Source of the DNA: Rebecca billardiae RCC1528
Lineage: Eukaryota; Protista; Haptophyta
DNA length: 64,000 bases
Reading direction: 5' to 3'
Assembly: GCA_965240325.2 (NCBI GenBank)
Contig: OZ251253.1
Span: forward strand, 186,001 to 250,000
How positions within the stretch are numbered: the first letter of the stretch is position 1; the number at the start of each line of letters is the position of its first letter. Shown piece after piece: positions 11,181-24,390 of this stretch. A program made the position numbers and the translations under genes. The notes beneath the pieces were generated by a model that was given only the letters and a program-made list of their open reading frames with translations, was not told where the DNA came from and ran no database searches.

Positions 11181-12104
11181 GGCCTGCGCCGTCGCCGCCT
11201 GCTTCGCCTTGCGCTGCGTCTCCTCCTCCATGATGGCGGCGAGCGCGCCGCCGCCCTTGGACGACGTGCCCACGCCCGCCGCGCCGCCGCTCCCGCCGCC
11301 GCCGCCGCTGCCCTCCGCCGCCGCGCTCGCGAACACGGACGGGACGGGCGCGGCGGCGCGCGCGCCCGCCGCGGCGCCGAGCGGTCGCTTTCCGAGCGAG
11401 CCGCCGCCGCCGCCGGTGGTCGCGGTGGCTCCGGCGGCGGTGGTCGCGGCGGGCCCGGCGCAGCTGAAGGCGAGCGGCGCCGCGTCCGCCTCGCGGCGCA
11501 GCTCGCTCGCCACCGGCTCCGACCCGCCGCCCGACCCGCCCGCGCCGCCGCCGTCCTCGGCGCGCGCGCGCTTTGCGATGCGCAGCAGCTCGCGCGTGCG
11601 GCGCTCCTCCGCGTCGAGGTCGGAGGCCTCGCGCTGGCGCTTGGACTCCTCGGCGGCGAGCTTGGCGGGGTCGCGGTCGATGAACTTGATGAACCACCCC
11701 TTCTCCGTCTGGTCCACCTCGCACTTACCCGCGCGCCCTAAGTAGATGACAAAGTCTGTAAGTGTCTCCCACATAGTCGAGTTCATATGGATGTGCTCGC
11801 GCTCGGCGATGTACTCCTGGTAGCAGAGGTTGGCGTGGACGCGGGTGCGCGCCTTGCGGGAGATGATCTCGAGCATGCCGCGCTCGAACTCCGTCGAGAA
11901 CTCGTCCATGAACGAGTTCGGGTTCTGCGCGAACAGCTGCATCTGCCGCTGGTGCGACTCGGACATGCAGTGGCACTTGAAGCCGTTCTCGTCGCGGCAC
12001 TGCTTCTGGCACATCTGGCAGTACCAGCGCAGCTTCTGCAGGCCCTTCGCCTTGATCCGGTTCGCGATCGCCTTGGGCGTGAGGAAGTTCTCGCTCTTGC
12101 CCAT
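10731..12104 (-). CDS. KIN17: DNA/RNA-binding protein KIN17
   Basis: Diagnostic N-terminus MGKSENFLTPKAIANRIKAKGLQKLRWYCQMCQKQCRDENGFKCH, winged-helix HIHMNSTMWETLTDF, and C-terminal KOW/SH3-like YYKQKG...LETVVP...YEDVCKL. Intronless. Confidence 0.97.
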
Positions 12105-12289
12105 CGCGGCGGCGGCGGCGGCGCGTGTGCAACCACGAGGAGGCCGGAGATTCTGCTGCCAAAACTTCCGGGTCCGGCCCGCGCGGCGCGCGGATCCGCG
12201 CTCCCGGACTGTCTTCTTGGAGCGACGGTTGGCCACGGCGGGCGGCGGCGGCCAGCTCTTTTCAATCCGCGTGGTGGGGCCCTGCGAGC
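12105..12289. promoter_or_regulatory. Putative bidirectional promoter between KIN17 and the SPICE1-like gene
   Basis: The two start codons diverge 185 bp apart. Confidence 0.55.
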
Positions 12290-13415
12290 ATGCTCGGGCC
12301 GGCGCGACGCGTGCCCCTGGCGGCGGCGCCGACGAAGAGCGCGAGCGCGGGCGAGAAGCACCGCCCGTCACCGCCGCGCCGCCGCAAGCCCGAGTGGAAT
12401 GTGCGCGCAGGCGTCGCGTGCCCGCCAGCCCCGGCCCCGCGCTCAGCGCGCTGAGCGGCGGCGGCGCGGCGCGCTTCTCCTCGCGCGCAGGACACGAAGC
12501 GCGACCTGAGCGTGTACAAGCTCTCGCCCGAGGAGATCCGCCGGCGCAAGGAGCGCGTGCAGTCCGCGCACATCGAGGAGGCACGCGAGGAGCTCGCCGA
12601 CAAGCTCGAGGCTCTCGGTGCGCGCCGCGGCGGCGTCCGAGCACCCGCCCCTCCCTCCCGCGCTGATCTCCCCGCGCGGCGCTCGCGCGCACGCCACCGC
12701 CGCCGCGCAGCCGACGGCTCGGGTACGGACGCCGTGCTCGCTGCGCTGCACGCGGAAGGCTACGACTCAGCTGACGAGTTCCGGAGCGCGCACGGGCGCG
12801 CGCGGCCCGGGCTGCCCGGCGGCGGCGGCGCTGAGCGCGGCGTGGGCGGCGAGGGCGCGGCTGAGCACGTGGAGGAGCACAGCTGGCTCCGCGAGCACGC
12901 CGCCCGCGCCGCCGACGCGGGCGTGAGCGGCTGGGACGGCGACGAGGCCGCGAGCCCGGCGCGCGCGCTCGGCGGCGGCGGGCTTCCAGTTGTGGGGGCG
13001 GTGGATGCGCCGCCGTCCAAGATGGCGGACGGGCACCGGCCGCACACCGCGTCGGCGGACGGCGCGGCGATCTCGTGGACGCCCGCCGCCGCCACCGACG
13101 ACGCCCCGCACGCCGCCGCGTACGGCACGCCCCCGGCCGAGCGCGCGCGCAGCTCGCGGCGCAGCGGCAGCAGCGCGCGGCGCGGCGGCGGCAGCGGCGG
13201 TGCGGCCGCGGCCGCGGCCGCCGCCTCGCCGCGCCCGCCGGACAAGCTGGGGCTCTCGCGCATCGAGCACGCGTGCAGCAGCCTCGCGGCGCAGGTGCGC
13301 GCGTACGAAGGCTCCACCGGCCGCACGGGCGCCGCCTCGTCGCGCTCGGCCGGCGGCGCGCGCTCCGCGCGCGGCGCGGGCGGCGCGGCCCGCTCTGCCG
13401 GCGCCACGCCCGCCT

Positions 13416-13450
<35 letters not shown>

Positions 13451-15491
13451 TCCGGGTACTCCGGGTACAGCGACATGCTGGTGGAGCTCACGGCGAAGCT
13501 GGTCTCGTACCTCAACGACGCGGAGGGCCGGCTCCGCGAGTCCGAGAAGGCGCGCAAGACCACCGCCGCCGACTTCGAGCGGCGGCTCTCCGCGGCCGAG
13601 GCGTCGGGGCGCGCCGCGACCGAAGCGCTTCGGGCGGTGGAGCAGGAGTTGGGTGTGACGAAGCGGGAGCACGCGGCGACGCTCGAGACGCTGGTGAACA
13701 AGGTGCGCACCGGCGCGCGCGCCCACGCACCGCGCCGCGCCGCGCCCCTCCGCGCGCCGCGCGCTCACGCGCCGCCGCGCGAACACGCGCCGTCGACCCG
13801 CCAACTCCACACTCGCCCGCGCCGCCCGCCCGCCCGCCCGCCGCCGCGGCCGCCGGCTCGGTGTCGCTGCGCAGGTGGCTGTGTTGGAGCAGGCGTCCGT
13901 GCACGCGCACGTGACGGGCCTCTTCGCCGCGCTGCAGGGCGAGGCGCCGCGCGCGCCCCCCGCCGACTTCGGCCCGGCCGATCTCGCGCCGCCGCCGCCG
14001 CCGCGCTCGCCGCGCAGCGCCCCTCACCCCTTCGACGGCCGCGCGCTCGGCCGCGGCGCCGCCGCGTCGCCGTCGGCGCACGCGCAGCACTGGCCGCTCG
14101 GCGTGTCGAGCGCGGTGGGCCCGGGCCTGTACTCGCCGGCCGCGTCCGTCGGCACCGCGCCCGGCGGCCGTCCAGCCAGCGCGGCGGCGCGCGTCTACTC
14201 GAGCCCTGCTCCGCCGCCGCCGCCGCCGCCGCTGGCGGCGGCGGCGGTGGCGGCGGCGGCGCGCGCTCGCCCGCCCGCGGCCGCGGGCGGTGGGCGCGGC
14301 GACGGCGGTGCGGCGCTGCCGCCGGCGCCGTACGCCACCGCGGCCACGCCGCCGCCGCCGCCCGCCGTCCGCCTGCCCACGGTCGCCGCCTGTCGCGCCT
14401 CCCCGCCGCCGCCCGCGCCCGCGTGGGCGTCGCCGCCGCCGGCCGAGATCGCAATCTCGGCCGGCGGTGGCGGCGAGATTGCAATCTCGGCCGGCAGCCA
14501 AGCCTCCCCTGCGCAGCCAGCCGGCAGCGCCGCGCAGCAGGGTGCGCCGTACGACGCGCACGGGTACCACGCGCCCGCGCCGTACGCGCCCACGCCGCCC
14601 GCCGCCGCGCGCGCCTCCGTCGCCCAGCGGCAGTCGCAGTCGCAGCCGCAGCCGCCGCAGCCGCAGCCGCAGCCGCAGCAGCCGCAGCAGCCGCAGCAGC
14701 AGCCGCCGCAGCAGCCGCATGCGCCTGCAGGCTCGGAGGGCGCGCACGCGGAGTCGGCGGCACCGTACGCTGCGTACGCCCGCGCCGCCGGCGGCTGGGT
14801 GCCGCCGCCGCCGCCGCCGCTGCCACCCGCCGAGCCCTCCGCCGCCGGCGCCCACGCCGCGTCGGCCGCCGAGATTGCAATCTCGGAGCAGCTGATTTCC
14901 TTCTCGCCGCCGCCGCCGCCCCGCTCCCTGACGCAGGAGCTGTTCGGTGCCGAGATCGCAATCTCGGAGCCCGCGCCGCCGGGAGCAGGCTCGTGCTCGT
15001 TCGCGCACGCCGAGCGCGAGGCCTCGATGACGCCACACTCGGAAGCGGCCGAGCCGCGCGTGGTGGTCGCCTCCGCCACCACCACCGCCGCCGGCTCGCC
15101 AGCGGGTGCGCGCGCCATCGCAGAGCCGGCGGGCGCGGGCGCGCACGGCGCGCCGCGCGCGCCGCTGCCCATGTCGGCGCTGCTGCAGGCGCAGGCGGTG
15201 GTCGAGACCCGCGAGGCGGTGCGCGCGGCCGCGGGCGCGGCGGCGCGCGCCAAGCCGCGCCATGTGGCCGCTGGCGGCGGCGGCGGCGGCGCGGGCCGCG
15301 GCGCGCACTCGCCCACAGCTAAGAGCGCGGGCCGCGGCGCGCGCTCGCCCGGCGGCGCGCGCTCGGGCGGCGGGGGCGCGCTCGCTTCGCTCCGCGACAC
15401 GAACACGCAGCCAGGCGCAGCAGAGGGCGCGGCCGCCGCCGGCTCCCCGTACACGCTCCCCCTTGGGCGCTCGCTCGCGCGCCGTCCGTGA
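12290..15491 (+). CDS. Spliced gene join(12290..12400,12491..13702,13875..15491); SPICE1-like N-terminal motif, coiled coil and low-complexity tail
   Basis: Two phase-0 GT-AG introns join the reading frames. The spliced peptide KPEWN|DTKRDLSVYKLSPEEIRRRKE resembles the conserved SPICE1 N-terminus, recalled from memory and not searched. Confidence 0.65.
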
Positions 15492-16800
15492 GTTGTCGCG
15501 CCGCAGGCCGCAGCCGCCGACACGGCCCCGCGGCGCATGACGCCCTTGACGGCGCGCGCGATGTGGCCTGTCAGCGGGATGGCGGCGGCGTGGTGCCACG
15601 CCGACTGCCTGGCACTGGCGCTGGCGGCGTGCGCACGCGGAGCGCTGCCGCGGCTGGCGTTGTCTGACCTGTCCGGCGGCCGCACCGGCCCGTGGCGTGC
15701 CGTTCACGGCCCGCCGAGACTCCAACTAGTCCAAGGAATGCGGCTGTGGCAGACTCACGGAGGCCGGGCGCGGCCCCGGTGACGGGCGGCGCCCTCCGAA
15801 GTCTGGCTCCGCCGTCCGCGCGCGGTCCGCGCCGCGGCGGCGGCCGCGCCGCGGGCAGGAGAGTAGTGTACTGATCCTGGCGCTGATGCCGCTGGCACTC
15901 TCTTGATTCACAGACTTGAATGAGACTTCATCAGTTGATGCCGCCCGCACTCCCCGCGTCCCGCGGACCGTAGACGGCGCCAGTAATAGTCGGACAGACG
16001 TTGGTGAGTACCACGCAGTATGGGAGCACTCTGCTTTTCAAAAAATGGACGCACGACTCGTGACTCGTCACCACGTCCAGTACAGCCGTGGCAATCGACC
16101 GGGTCCGTCAGGATCGACGACCCAGTGACTCTCCGACTCGGCAGACGGTCCGGTGCCGCGCGGAGCAGTCGCACCGCGGGGGCAGCCCGTCCGCGGATTA
16201 ACTCTCTACGGTCAGGCGGCTCCGATGTACCGTCAGGCAGCCCGTGCCGTCAAACGCGGGCCGCACGGGCGGCGGGGCTTACAGCTCCCGAGCTCCGCGC
16301 GTGCATGCGAGCAGTCGTTGGCGGCGTCGAATCGCTGGCCTTCGCCCGCGTCGACGGCCACGTGGGTGGGTGGACGGCGAATTCATGCGGTTGCGGTCCG
16401 TCCGGCTTGATGGAGTGGTCCGGAGGCACCGCATCAGGACGGCAGGATGCACGACGATCGCCGATCCTTTTCAACACGAAGGGCCTCGGCCCCCAAGTAA
16501 CTCTACTAGTATGTGCGAATAGCAGTTCAGAGGGTATTAGGTGGTAGCGCGCTAATTGCCGGTAAGGGGACTTGGGTACCCCTCGCTACCGCGCTCGCCA
16601 TTGGCGAGTTGGGCTTTCCGCTTCGTCACGCCTGCATGGCCAAAGTGGAAGTGAGCTGGACCAAAAGTTCGATGAGTAGCTACTCGCACGGCCTTGCGAG
16701 CAAATGTCCGAAGGAAGCTTGGAGAACAATTGCCCGACACACCCGCACGGCGTCCGCCAGCCGAATCTAGACACATAGACACGGGCTCTCGTGGCCCCCC

Positions 16801-17805
16801 ATGCCGCCTGCCACGACGCGAGTCTCGACGGCGTCAAACGCGCGGGCCGGCGGCGGCGTACGCACGCCGCGCCACCCGCGCTCGCGCTCCACGTCGCGCG
16901 AGGGCTGGGTCCCCTTCGGCCCCGCCGGCCCGCCCGGCACCACCGACCTTGCGGACGCGCTGCGAGCGCGCAAGCTCGCGGCCGCCGCGCTCAAGGCGAG
17001 GCGGAACGCGCGCAAGCTGGAGTGGAGCGCGCGGACGTTCCACCGCATGCGGCACTCGGCCGCGCGGAACATCGCCGCCGCGTGGCGAGGGTACGTCGCC
17101 AGGAGCGAGGCCACGAGGAGGCGCCTCGAGCGCGACGCCGCCGCGGCCGCCGTCGGTTCGCAGCAGTTTGGGCCGAGGCCGCCCGGCGCCGGCGCCGGCG
17201 GCGAGCAGCAGCACGACGCGGCGCTCGCGGACGACGCGGGGAGTGCCCGCACGCCAGCGACGACCACGAGCGCCACCACCGCCGCGCACCAGCCGCCGCC
17301 GCGCGCCTCGCCGCCGCCCCACGCCCATCCGGTCGACACGGCGGCCGCGCTTGTCCTGCACGTGCGCACGCTCCTGCTGGATCAGCAGCAGCAGCAGCCG
17401 CCGCCGCCGCCGCCGCCGGGCCTGACGGCGGGCGAGGGCGGGACGACGCAGCTCGACATCACCAACGAGCTCTTCCGCTTCGTGCTGCTCGCGCTGCACG
17501 GCACCTTTGGCCCCGTCGTCGGCTGGGAGGCCGGCGCATTTGTCGCTGCGCTCGAGGCCCGGCTGCGCTCGGGCGCGCGCTGCTGCATGCTCGCCGACGG
17601 CGGCGCGGCGCGCGCGGCGCCCGGCGCGTGCGCGCCCACGTGCGGCGGCGCGGCGACGACGGCGAGCATCGGCGCAAACTACATGTGGGCGGCGCCGGGC
17701 ACCGAGATGGCGAGCTCGGCAGCGGGCGCGTTCCCGGACTTTCCGCCGGACCTCCACCCGCCCGGCGCAGCCATCAGCTCGCCCAAGGCGGTCGAGTCCT
17801 CCTGA
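16801..17805 (+). CDS. Hypothetical protein with an IQ-like motif
   Basis: A 334-aa ATG-initiated ORF; AARNIAAAWRGYVAR fits a degenerate IQxxxRGxxxR. Confidence 0.6.
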   Translation: MPPATTRVSTASNARAGGGVRTPRHPRSRSTSREGWVPFGPAGPPGTTDLADALRARKLAAAALKARRNARKLEWSARTFHRMRHSAARNIAAAWRGYVARSEATRRRLERDAAAAAVGSQQFGPRPPGAGAGGEQQHDAALADDAGSARTPATTTSATTAAHQPPPRASPPPHAHPVDTAAALVLHVRTLLLDQQQQQPPPPPPPGLTAGEGGTTQLDITNELFRFVLLALHGTFGPVVGWEAGAFVAALEARLRSGARCCMLADGGAARAAPGACAPTCGGAATTASIGANYMWAAPGTEMASSAAGAFPDFPPDLHPPGAAISSPKAVESS

Positions 17806-19261
17806 CGACACCGACCGACGACGACGACGAGTCAGCCGGCGGACGGCCGGCGGCGCGCGCGCGCGCGCGCGCGCGCCGTGCCGCCGGCCGCCTCTTCCGA
17901 CGCCCTCCGCCAGTCAGCCTGCTCCGCTCAGCCAGCCGCGGCCCGCGCCGCCCGACCGTGTCCGGGTCATCCCGGCGGCCGGGCGGCCGCGCGGCCCCAA
18001 TTTCCGACCAGAAGAACGCCCGCGCCGCCAGCGGCGCTCACTCCACGCGCCGCAGTGCGGTGGCGCACACAATCCGCCCGACGACGACCAGCCAGTAGCA
18101 CCGCCGAACCGCGGCGGTGCCTTCAGTTAGCGAATTGAAGTCCTGACGCAATCTGGGGCGGCCCCTGCCAAGGGCCACTGGCCGTACAGTAGACGGCCGC
18201 TCACAGTCACACTGCCACTGGCCACTGCATTCGATTTCGAACTGACGTCGGACACAACAAGATAAGGCAACCGAATCTGAAAATCACCGGAAGCCCAAAC
18301 TACTCGATTCCAAAATGATGACGAAACGACGACGACGCGTCGACTACACTCCTGCCCGCCAGGCCGCCACAGCCCACGGTGCGACAAGGGCGGCGGCTTG
18401 CCCCCAGTTGCTCACCGTGCGCATGGCACCGATGCGTGTTACAACACCGGCTGGGATGTGCCTGCGGAACGATGTGGCCTACGAGCGCCCCGTCGGTGCC
18501 GGCTTGCCGCTATGGCAGTGCAGAGTGCTGCGCGCGTGTGATGCGGTACGCGTGCCACCTTATCGCGAGAGAAGCTGCCCATGGTATTCACACCACTCTT
18601 GAGCGCGCGGCGCTGCGACTCACTTGCGTCCCGTCTGCCACTCCCGCAACCCAGTTGCGTTTCGGAAGAAGTTGTGCGGCGCGCGCGCGCGCTGAATCAC
18701 GGAGCCGGTCGCCGGATACTCAGAATTAAATTACGCTCCGAGTGGCATCCAGCACCCGACGTGGCCAGAATGTCCTGTCTTCCCTGAAAGCACGCGGGTT
18801 GCGGTACAAGTACATCGCATCTTCCATACGTCATTGGCGTGGCGTGTGGGCGCACCGGGCGGTCCGTGTCCGTGACGGTGGGAGCCGCCGATGCGCTTGC
18901 TGACGCGGCTGAGCTTCGGTCGCAGTCGGCTGTCATTCGCTGCCGACTGAGACGGCGGCGGGCTTGGTGGCTGTGCGTGTGGTAGCTCGGCCCGCCAATC
19001 ATGGGCGCTCGAGACGTCAAGTCGGCACGTGTTTAAATGCCGCCTGCATGGCTGCGCCACCCGCCACCCTTCACCATCCCAGCATGGAGGCCGGAGCGGA
19101 CGTTACACGCGCCTTTGTCGACCGCGCTCCGGTCGGTTTCGCTCTGCAGCGGGCACCGGGCGGCCACGAAGGGGCCGGCAAGGAGCGACCAGCAGCAGGG
19201 CGGCGCCTCTGCTCACGGCCGTGGCGCAAGGCAGGAGACCGCGCGGAGCCGCGAAGCACCG

Positions 19262-19400
19262 ATGGCAACACGCCCCTCGTCGGCGGGCGCGTCGCGCGGG
19301 CCGCGCTCGGCCGCGTCCCCCGACGCGCCGTGGGCCGCCCCGGGCGCCCGCGTGACGACCACCGTCCGCCCCATCTCGGCCGGCGCGCGGCGCGGCAGCC

Positions 19401-19443
<43 letters not shown>

Positions 19444-19995
19444 TGGCGCGGCGGAGGGCGGCGCGCCGACGCTCAAGCCGGGCGAGACGACGCTCTCCAA
19501 GTTCGACACGGGCGGCTCGGCGCACGGCGACCCGCTCGCCAGCCTCGCCGCCGCGCTCGGCGCGCCGGCGGCGGGCTCGGCGGCGAGCGCGGCGCGCGCG
19601 CGGCCGCGGCCGCCGCCGCCGCCCGGCGAGGTGCTCGCGGCGGCGGCGGCGCGTCGGCGCGCGCAGGAGGAGGCCGCGGACACGAGCCCGTCCGGCGCGC
19701 TGCTCGCGCGCCGCCACTCCGTCGCCGCCGCGCGCGCTATGGGCCTGGGCGACCCGAGCGCCGCCGCGCGCTCGCGCGCCGATGGCACCGCTTACGGCCC
19801 CGGGCTCAAAGCGCATGGCGGCGCGTCGGGCGGCGGTGCGGAGGGCGGCGAGGGCGGCGGCGTGTGGGCCGCGGCGCGCGCCCTCGGCGGCGGGGCCTCC
19901 CCGGGCGGCAGCGCCTCCTTCTCCCACCGCCGGCGAGACTCAGCGCCTGGCCCGGCGGCGGCGGGCGGCGCCGGCGGCGCTGTTGGCTTCAGCTT

Positions 19996-20030
<35 letters not shown>

Positions 20031-20403
20031 TGCCCGCCGGTGCGAGGCCGCAGCACTCGAAGGCGCACGCGTACAACCGCTCGCCGTACCACTTCGCCTC
20101 GATCCCGCTCGGCGTCGCCGGCGGCGGCCCCGCCGCACCCACCGCGGACGGCCCACTCGGCGAGGCCGCGCCGCCGCCGCCGCGCTCGGATCGGCAACGG
20201 GAGGATGAGCGCTTCGAGGCGGCGCGCGACGCGCGGCGCGCGGAGCGGCGCGCGTCGGCGCGGCGGCTGTCGGCGGAGCTCACGCTCGGCGTGGGCTTGC
20301 TGGGCGCGCACGCCGGCGCCGAGGGCAGCCTCGGCGCCGCCGCGCGCGCGCCGGAGCAGCAGGCTGGGCGACACGCGGCCGCTGAGCGCGCACCGCGCAC
20401 GCA

Positions 20404-20456
<53 letters not shown>

Positions 20457-23400
20457 AGGCGGAGGGAGCGGAGGAGGACGAGGAGGGCTTGGCGCTGGAG
20501 GCGTCCGCGGCGCGCGCGGCGGGCACGCTCGCCGCGACCGAGGGCAGCGTCGTCCCACGCGGCGCCGCCGCCGCGCTCCGCCGCGCCTTTGTCGCGCAAG
20601 CACACGGCTCTGCCGCCGCCGCCGCCGCCGCCGCCGCCGACGTGCCGGCATTTCAGCTCGAAATTATCGCGCTCCGAAAAAAGAATTCGGAGCTCGAGGC
20701 GGAGAACTCGGCGTGGAAGGCGACGTTCGCGACGCAGCTCGAGGAGGCGCTGGCGGCGGCGGGGCTCGACCCGAGCCGGCGCGCGGGCGGGCCCGCCAGC
20801 CTCGTTGACGCCGAGACACACGCCGAAGCGCTCGCAGCGCTCGAGGGCGCGCGCGCGGCCGAGGCGGCGGCGCGCGCCGACGCGGCCGCGGCGCGCGCCG
20901 ACGCGGACGCGGCCACCGGCGCGAAGGCGGGGCTTGCGAAGGAGCTGAAGCGGCTGCGCGAGCGCACGGCGCGCGCGGAGCGGCTCGCCGCGTCCGAGGC
21001 GCTCGCCGCGCGCAACGCGCAGACGCGCGCGGCCAACGTCGAGATGGCGGCGGCCGGCGCGGCGGTCGACGCGGCGGCGGGCGACAAGGCCGCGGGCGCT
21101 GCGCTCGCGGCCGCGCGCGCCGACGCCGAGCGCGCGAGGGTGGAGGCGGAGCGCGCGCGCGGCGCGGCGGCGGCGCGGCCGGGGCTCAGCGCCGCAGACG
21201 CGGACGCGCGGCGCGCCGCCGACGCGGCGCGCTGCGACGCCGAGTCGTCGGCGGCGGCGGCGGCCGCGCGCGCCGACAAGGCCGCGGCCGAGGCGCGCGC
21301 GGCGCGCGCCGACGCGGACGCGGCGCGCGCAGACGCCGCGTCCGCGCGCAAGGAGGCGGCGGGCGCGCGGCGCGACGCGGCGGGCGCGGCGAAGCGCGCG
21401 GACGCCGCCGAGGCCGCCGCCGCCGCCGCCGCCGCGCGCGGCAGCACCGCCGCCGCCGCCGCCACCGCCGACGACGCAGCCGCTCTGACTGCGGCGCGTG
21501 CCGACGCGTCGCAAGCGCGCGCCGCCGAGCGCGCCGCGCGCGCCGCCGCCGACGCCGCCGCCGCCGAGACCGCGGCGGCGGCGAGCGCGGCGGAGAGTGC
21601 GCGCGCCGACGCCGCGGCGGCGCGCGAGCGCGCGGCCGCGGCCGAGGCCGCCGCCGCCGCCGCAACCGCCGAGCGTGACGCGGCGAGCTCGCGCGCGGCG
21701 GAGGCGGAGGCGGCGGCGGCCGCGGCCGCAGCCGCGCCGTCTGGTGCCGCCGCCGCCGCCGCCGCCGCCACCGAAGTAGCAGCGACCACCGCCGCCGCCG
21801 CGGCGGCGGTTGCGGAGCGCGAGCGGTGGTCGGACGCCGCGGCCGCCGCGATCTCGCGCGCGCTCGGCCTCGAGCTGCGCGCGGCCGAGGCCGCGGCCGC
21901 CGAGGCCTCCTTCGCCGCGGCCGCGGCGGCTCGCGCGCGCGACGCGGAAGCTACAAAGGCGGCGCGCGAGCGCGCGGCGCACGCGTCGGCGCTGTCGAGC
22001 GCGCGGCAGGCGGCGGAGTCGGAGCTGGCGGCGGCGCGGTCGGAGGGCGAGCGCGCCGCGAGGTCCGCCGAGTCCTCCGCCGACGGGCGCTTCGCCACGC
22101 ACGCCGCGGGCCTCAAGCGCGAGCTCCACGCCGCGCGCGCGCACGCGGACGAAGCAACCGCAAGCGCGGCCGCGGCCGAGGCGCGCGCGGCCGCGGCCGA
22201 AGCGCGCGCGGCCGAGGCCGAGGCGCGCGCCGCGCGCGGCGCAGAGGCTAGCGACGGCGTTGCGGCGGGCCTGAAGGCGCGCATCGGTGCGCGCGCGCGT
22301 AGCGGGGTCGAAGCGGAGGGCTGGCCGCGCCCCGCGCCGCCCTCGCCACCGCGCCGCCAGCCATCGGCCGCCCGCCCCGCCGCGCCGCTCCGCTCACGCG
22401 CGCCCCATGCGCACGCGCGCACGCACGCGCGCGCACACACGCCGCCGCGCGCCTGCACCCCGCGCAGCCGAGCTGCGCGTCGAGCTCGACGCCGAGCGCG
22501 CGCGCGCGGGCCGCGAGCGCGAGGGCGCGTACACGCTCGAGGCGGCGATCCAAGCGGGTGCGCGCGCATGCATGCGCATTCGCGCCGAAGGCGGTGGGCG
22601 GCGGTTGTGGTTGCGGTGGCGTGTGCGCATGCGCATTCGCGTCGAAGGCGGTGGGCGGGTGTGGTTGCGGTGGCGGCGTGGCGGTTGTGCGGGCGCATGC
22701 GGGCTCGCATCGTGTGCTGTATGCGCGCCGTGTGCGCGTGTGGTGTATACTGCGTGGGTGTGTGCTGTGTGCGCGCTGTGCGTGTGTCACGACAAGCCCA
22801 CCGCCCACCTCCGCGTCCGCCGCGCGCGCCCGCGCCGCGCCGCGCGCAGAGCGCGCCGTGCTGCAGGCCCTGGGCACGCAGCTGCGGCAGAGCATGTCCC
22901 TGCGCGCGGCGGACGTGGCGGCCGGCGTCGAGCCCACCGCCGCCGGCGGCGGCGCCGCCACCGACCTCACCGCCGCCGCCGACGCGGCCGCGTGCGCGGG
23001 CGCGCTCGCGCGCTGCGCGGACCTGGAAGACGCGCTGCGATCGCGCGACGCGGCGCTGCATCGGCTGTCACACGCGGCGCTGGGGGCGCGGCACGCGCTG
23101 CGCGAGGCGGCGGACGGCGCGGCGGGCGCGGAGGAGGCGGCGGCGACGGCGGGGCTGGGCTGGTCCCGCGCGGCGGCCATGCTGGAGGCCGCGACCGCCG
23201 CGGCCGCGGCGGGCGGCGGCGACGGCGGCGGCGCGGACGGCGGCGGCGCGGGCGGCGTGGCGGCGCACTGGGCGCTGGTGGCGCGCGCGTGCGAGGGTGA
23301 GGCGAGCGCGGCGGCGCGGGCGGCGAACGCGCTGCTCGTCAAGCTGCGCGCGTGCATGGACGCCGCCGCCGCCGCCGCGCTGCAGACGCCGCAGCGAGAC

Positions 23401-24024
23401 GCGCTCGACGCGATGACGCCCTACAAGCATCGGAGCCCAAATCGCATGGCGGCGGCGGCGGCGGCGGCGGGTGGTGGTGGCGGTGGCGCAGCGCGGGGTC
23501 ACGGCGGCGGGAGGGGCGGCGCGGGCGGCGGCCTCGGGCGGAGCGAGTCACACGACGAGCGCGTGGCGGAGGCGCGACGCGCGCGCGCGGGCAGCGACGA
23601 CGAGCCGCCCGGCGCACGCCGACTCTCCCGGACTCCCTCCGGACCGCTCCCGGATTCTCCGGACCTCGCCAGCACTCTCCCGGCCGGCGGCAGCCGGTCG
23701 CGCCGGTCGGCCGGCGGCGTCGCGCCGCGGCCGGGCTCGGCGGGCAGCGGCGGCACGCGCGGCCGCGCGGCAAGCCTGGGGCCTGCAGATGTGCCGGCAG
23801 TTGCGCACGGCGGGGGCCGCGCGCCCGCGGGCGCCGGCAGCGCCGCCCCGCGCGCGCGCCCGGGCAGCGCCGCCGGCAGCCGCCCACCCGTCGGCATCCG
23901 CGGCAGCGGCGGCCGGCGGCGCGGTACCGGCGGCAGCGGCCACAGCGGCGGCGGCAGCGGCGGGGACGCCTTCTCGTCGTCGGAGAGCATCCACGAGCGG
24001 CCGGCGCCGGCGGCGGATGAATGA
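19262..24024 (+). CDS. Large Ala-rich coiled-coil protein, join(19262..22286,22468..22557,22850..24024)
   Basis: Two phase-1 GTGCGC...GCGCAG introns link three frames. Heptad segments include FQLEIIALRKKNSELEAEN and LAKELKRLRER. Confidence 0.7.
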
Positions 24025-24390
24025 TGTGTGACGAGGATGAGCTCGCGCATGCGCGGGCGGCGGAGGACAATCCGACGCGACGGAGGCGAAGCGGAGAGTG
24101 ATGTGGGCGTCATCAACTACCGCCGCTCAGCGCGGCGGTCCGGCGTGACGGGCGCATATAGCGGGCATCAGACCGGGACGGCGGCGGAGTGCCGACGGCG
24201 TCGCGGTACTTATAACGCGCAGCGTAGCAGCCTACTGATGCTAGCAGCCGTGATGATGACGCGATATTTGCGACTGCTGCGCGCTGCGCTATACGACGCC
24301 TGCGCTGTGCGCAGTGGGCGTGGTGCTACGCGATCATCGCCGCCATTCGGCCATAGCATGCAGGCCGCCAGTACGCAAGTGCCCGGGCCG

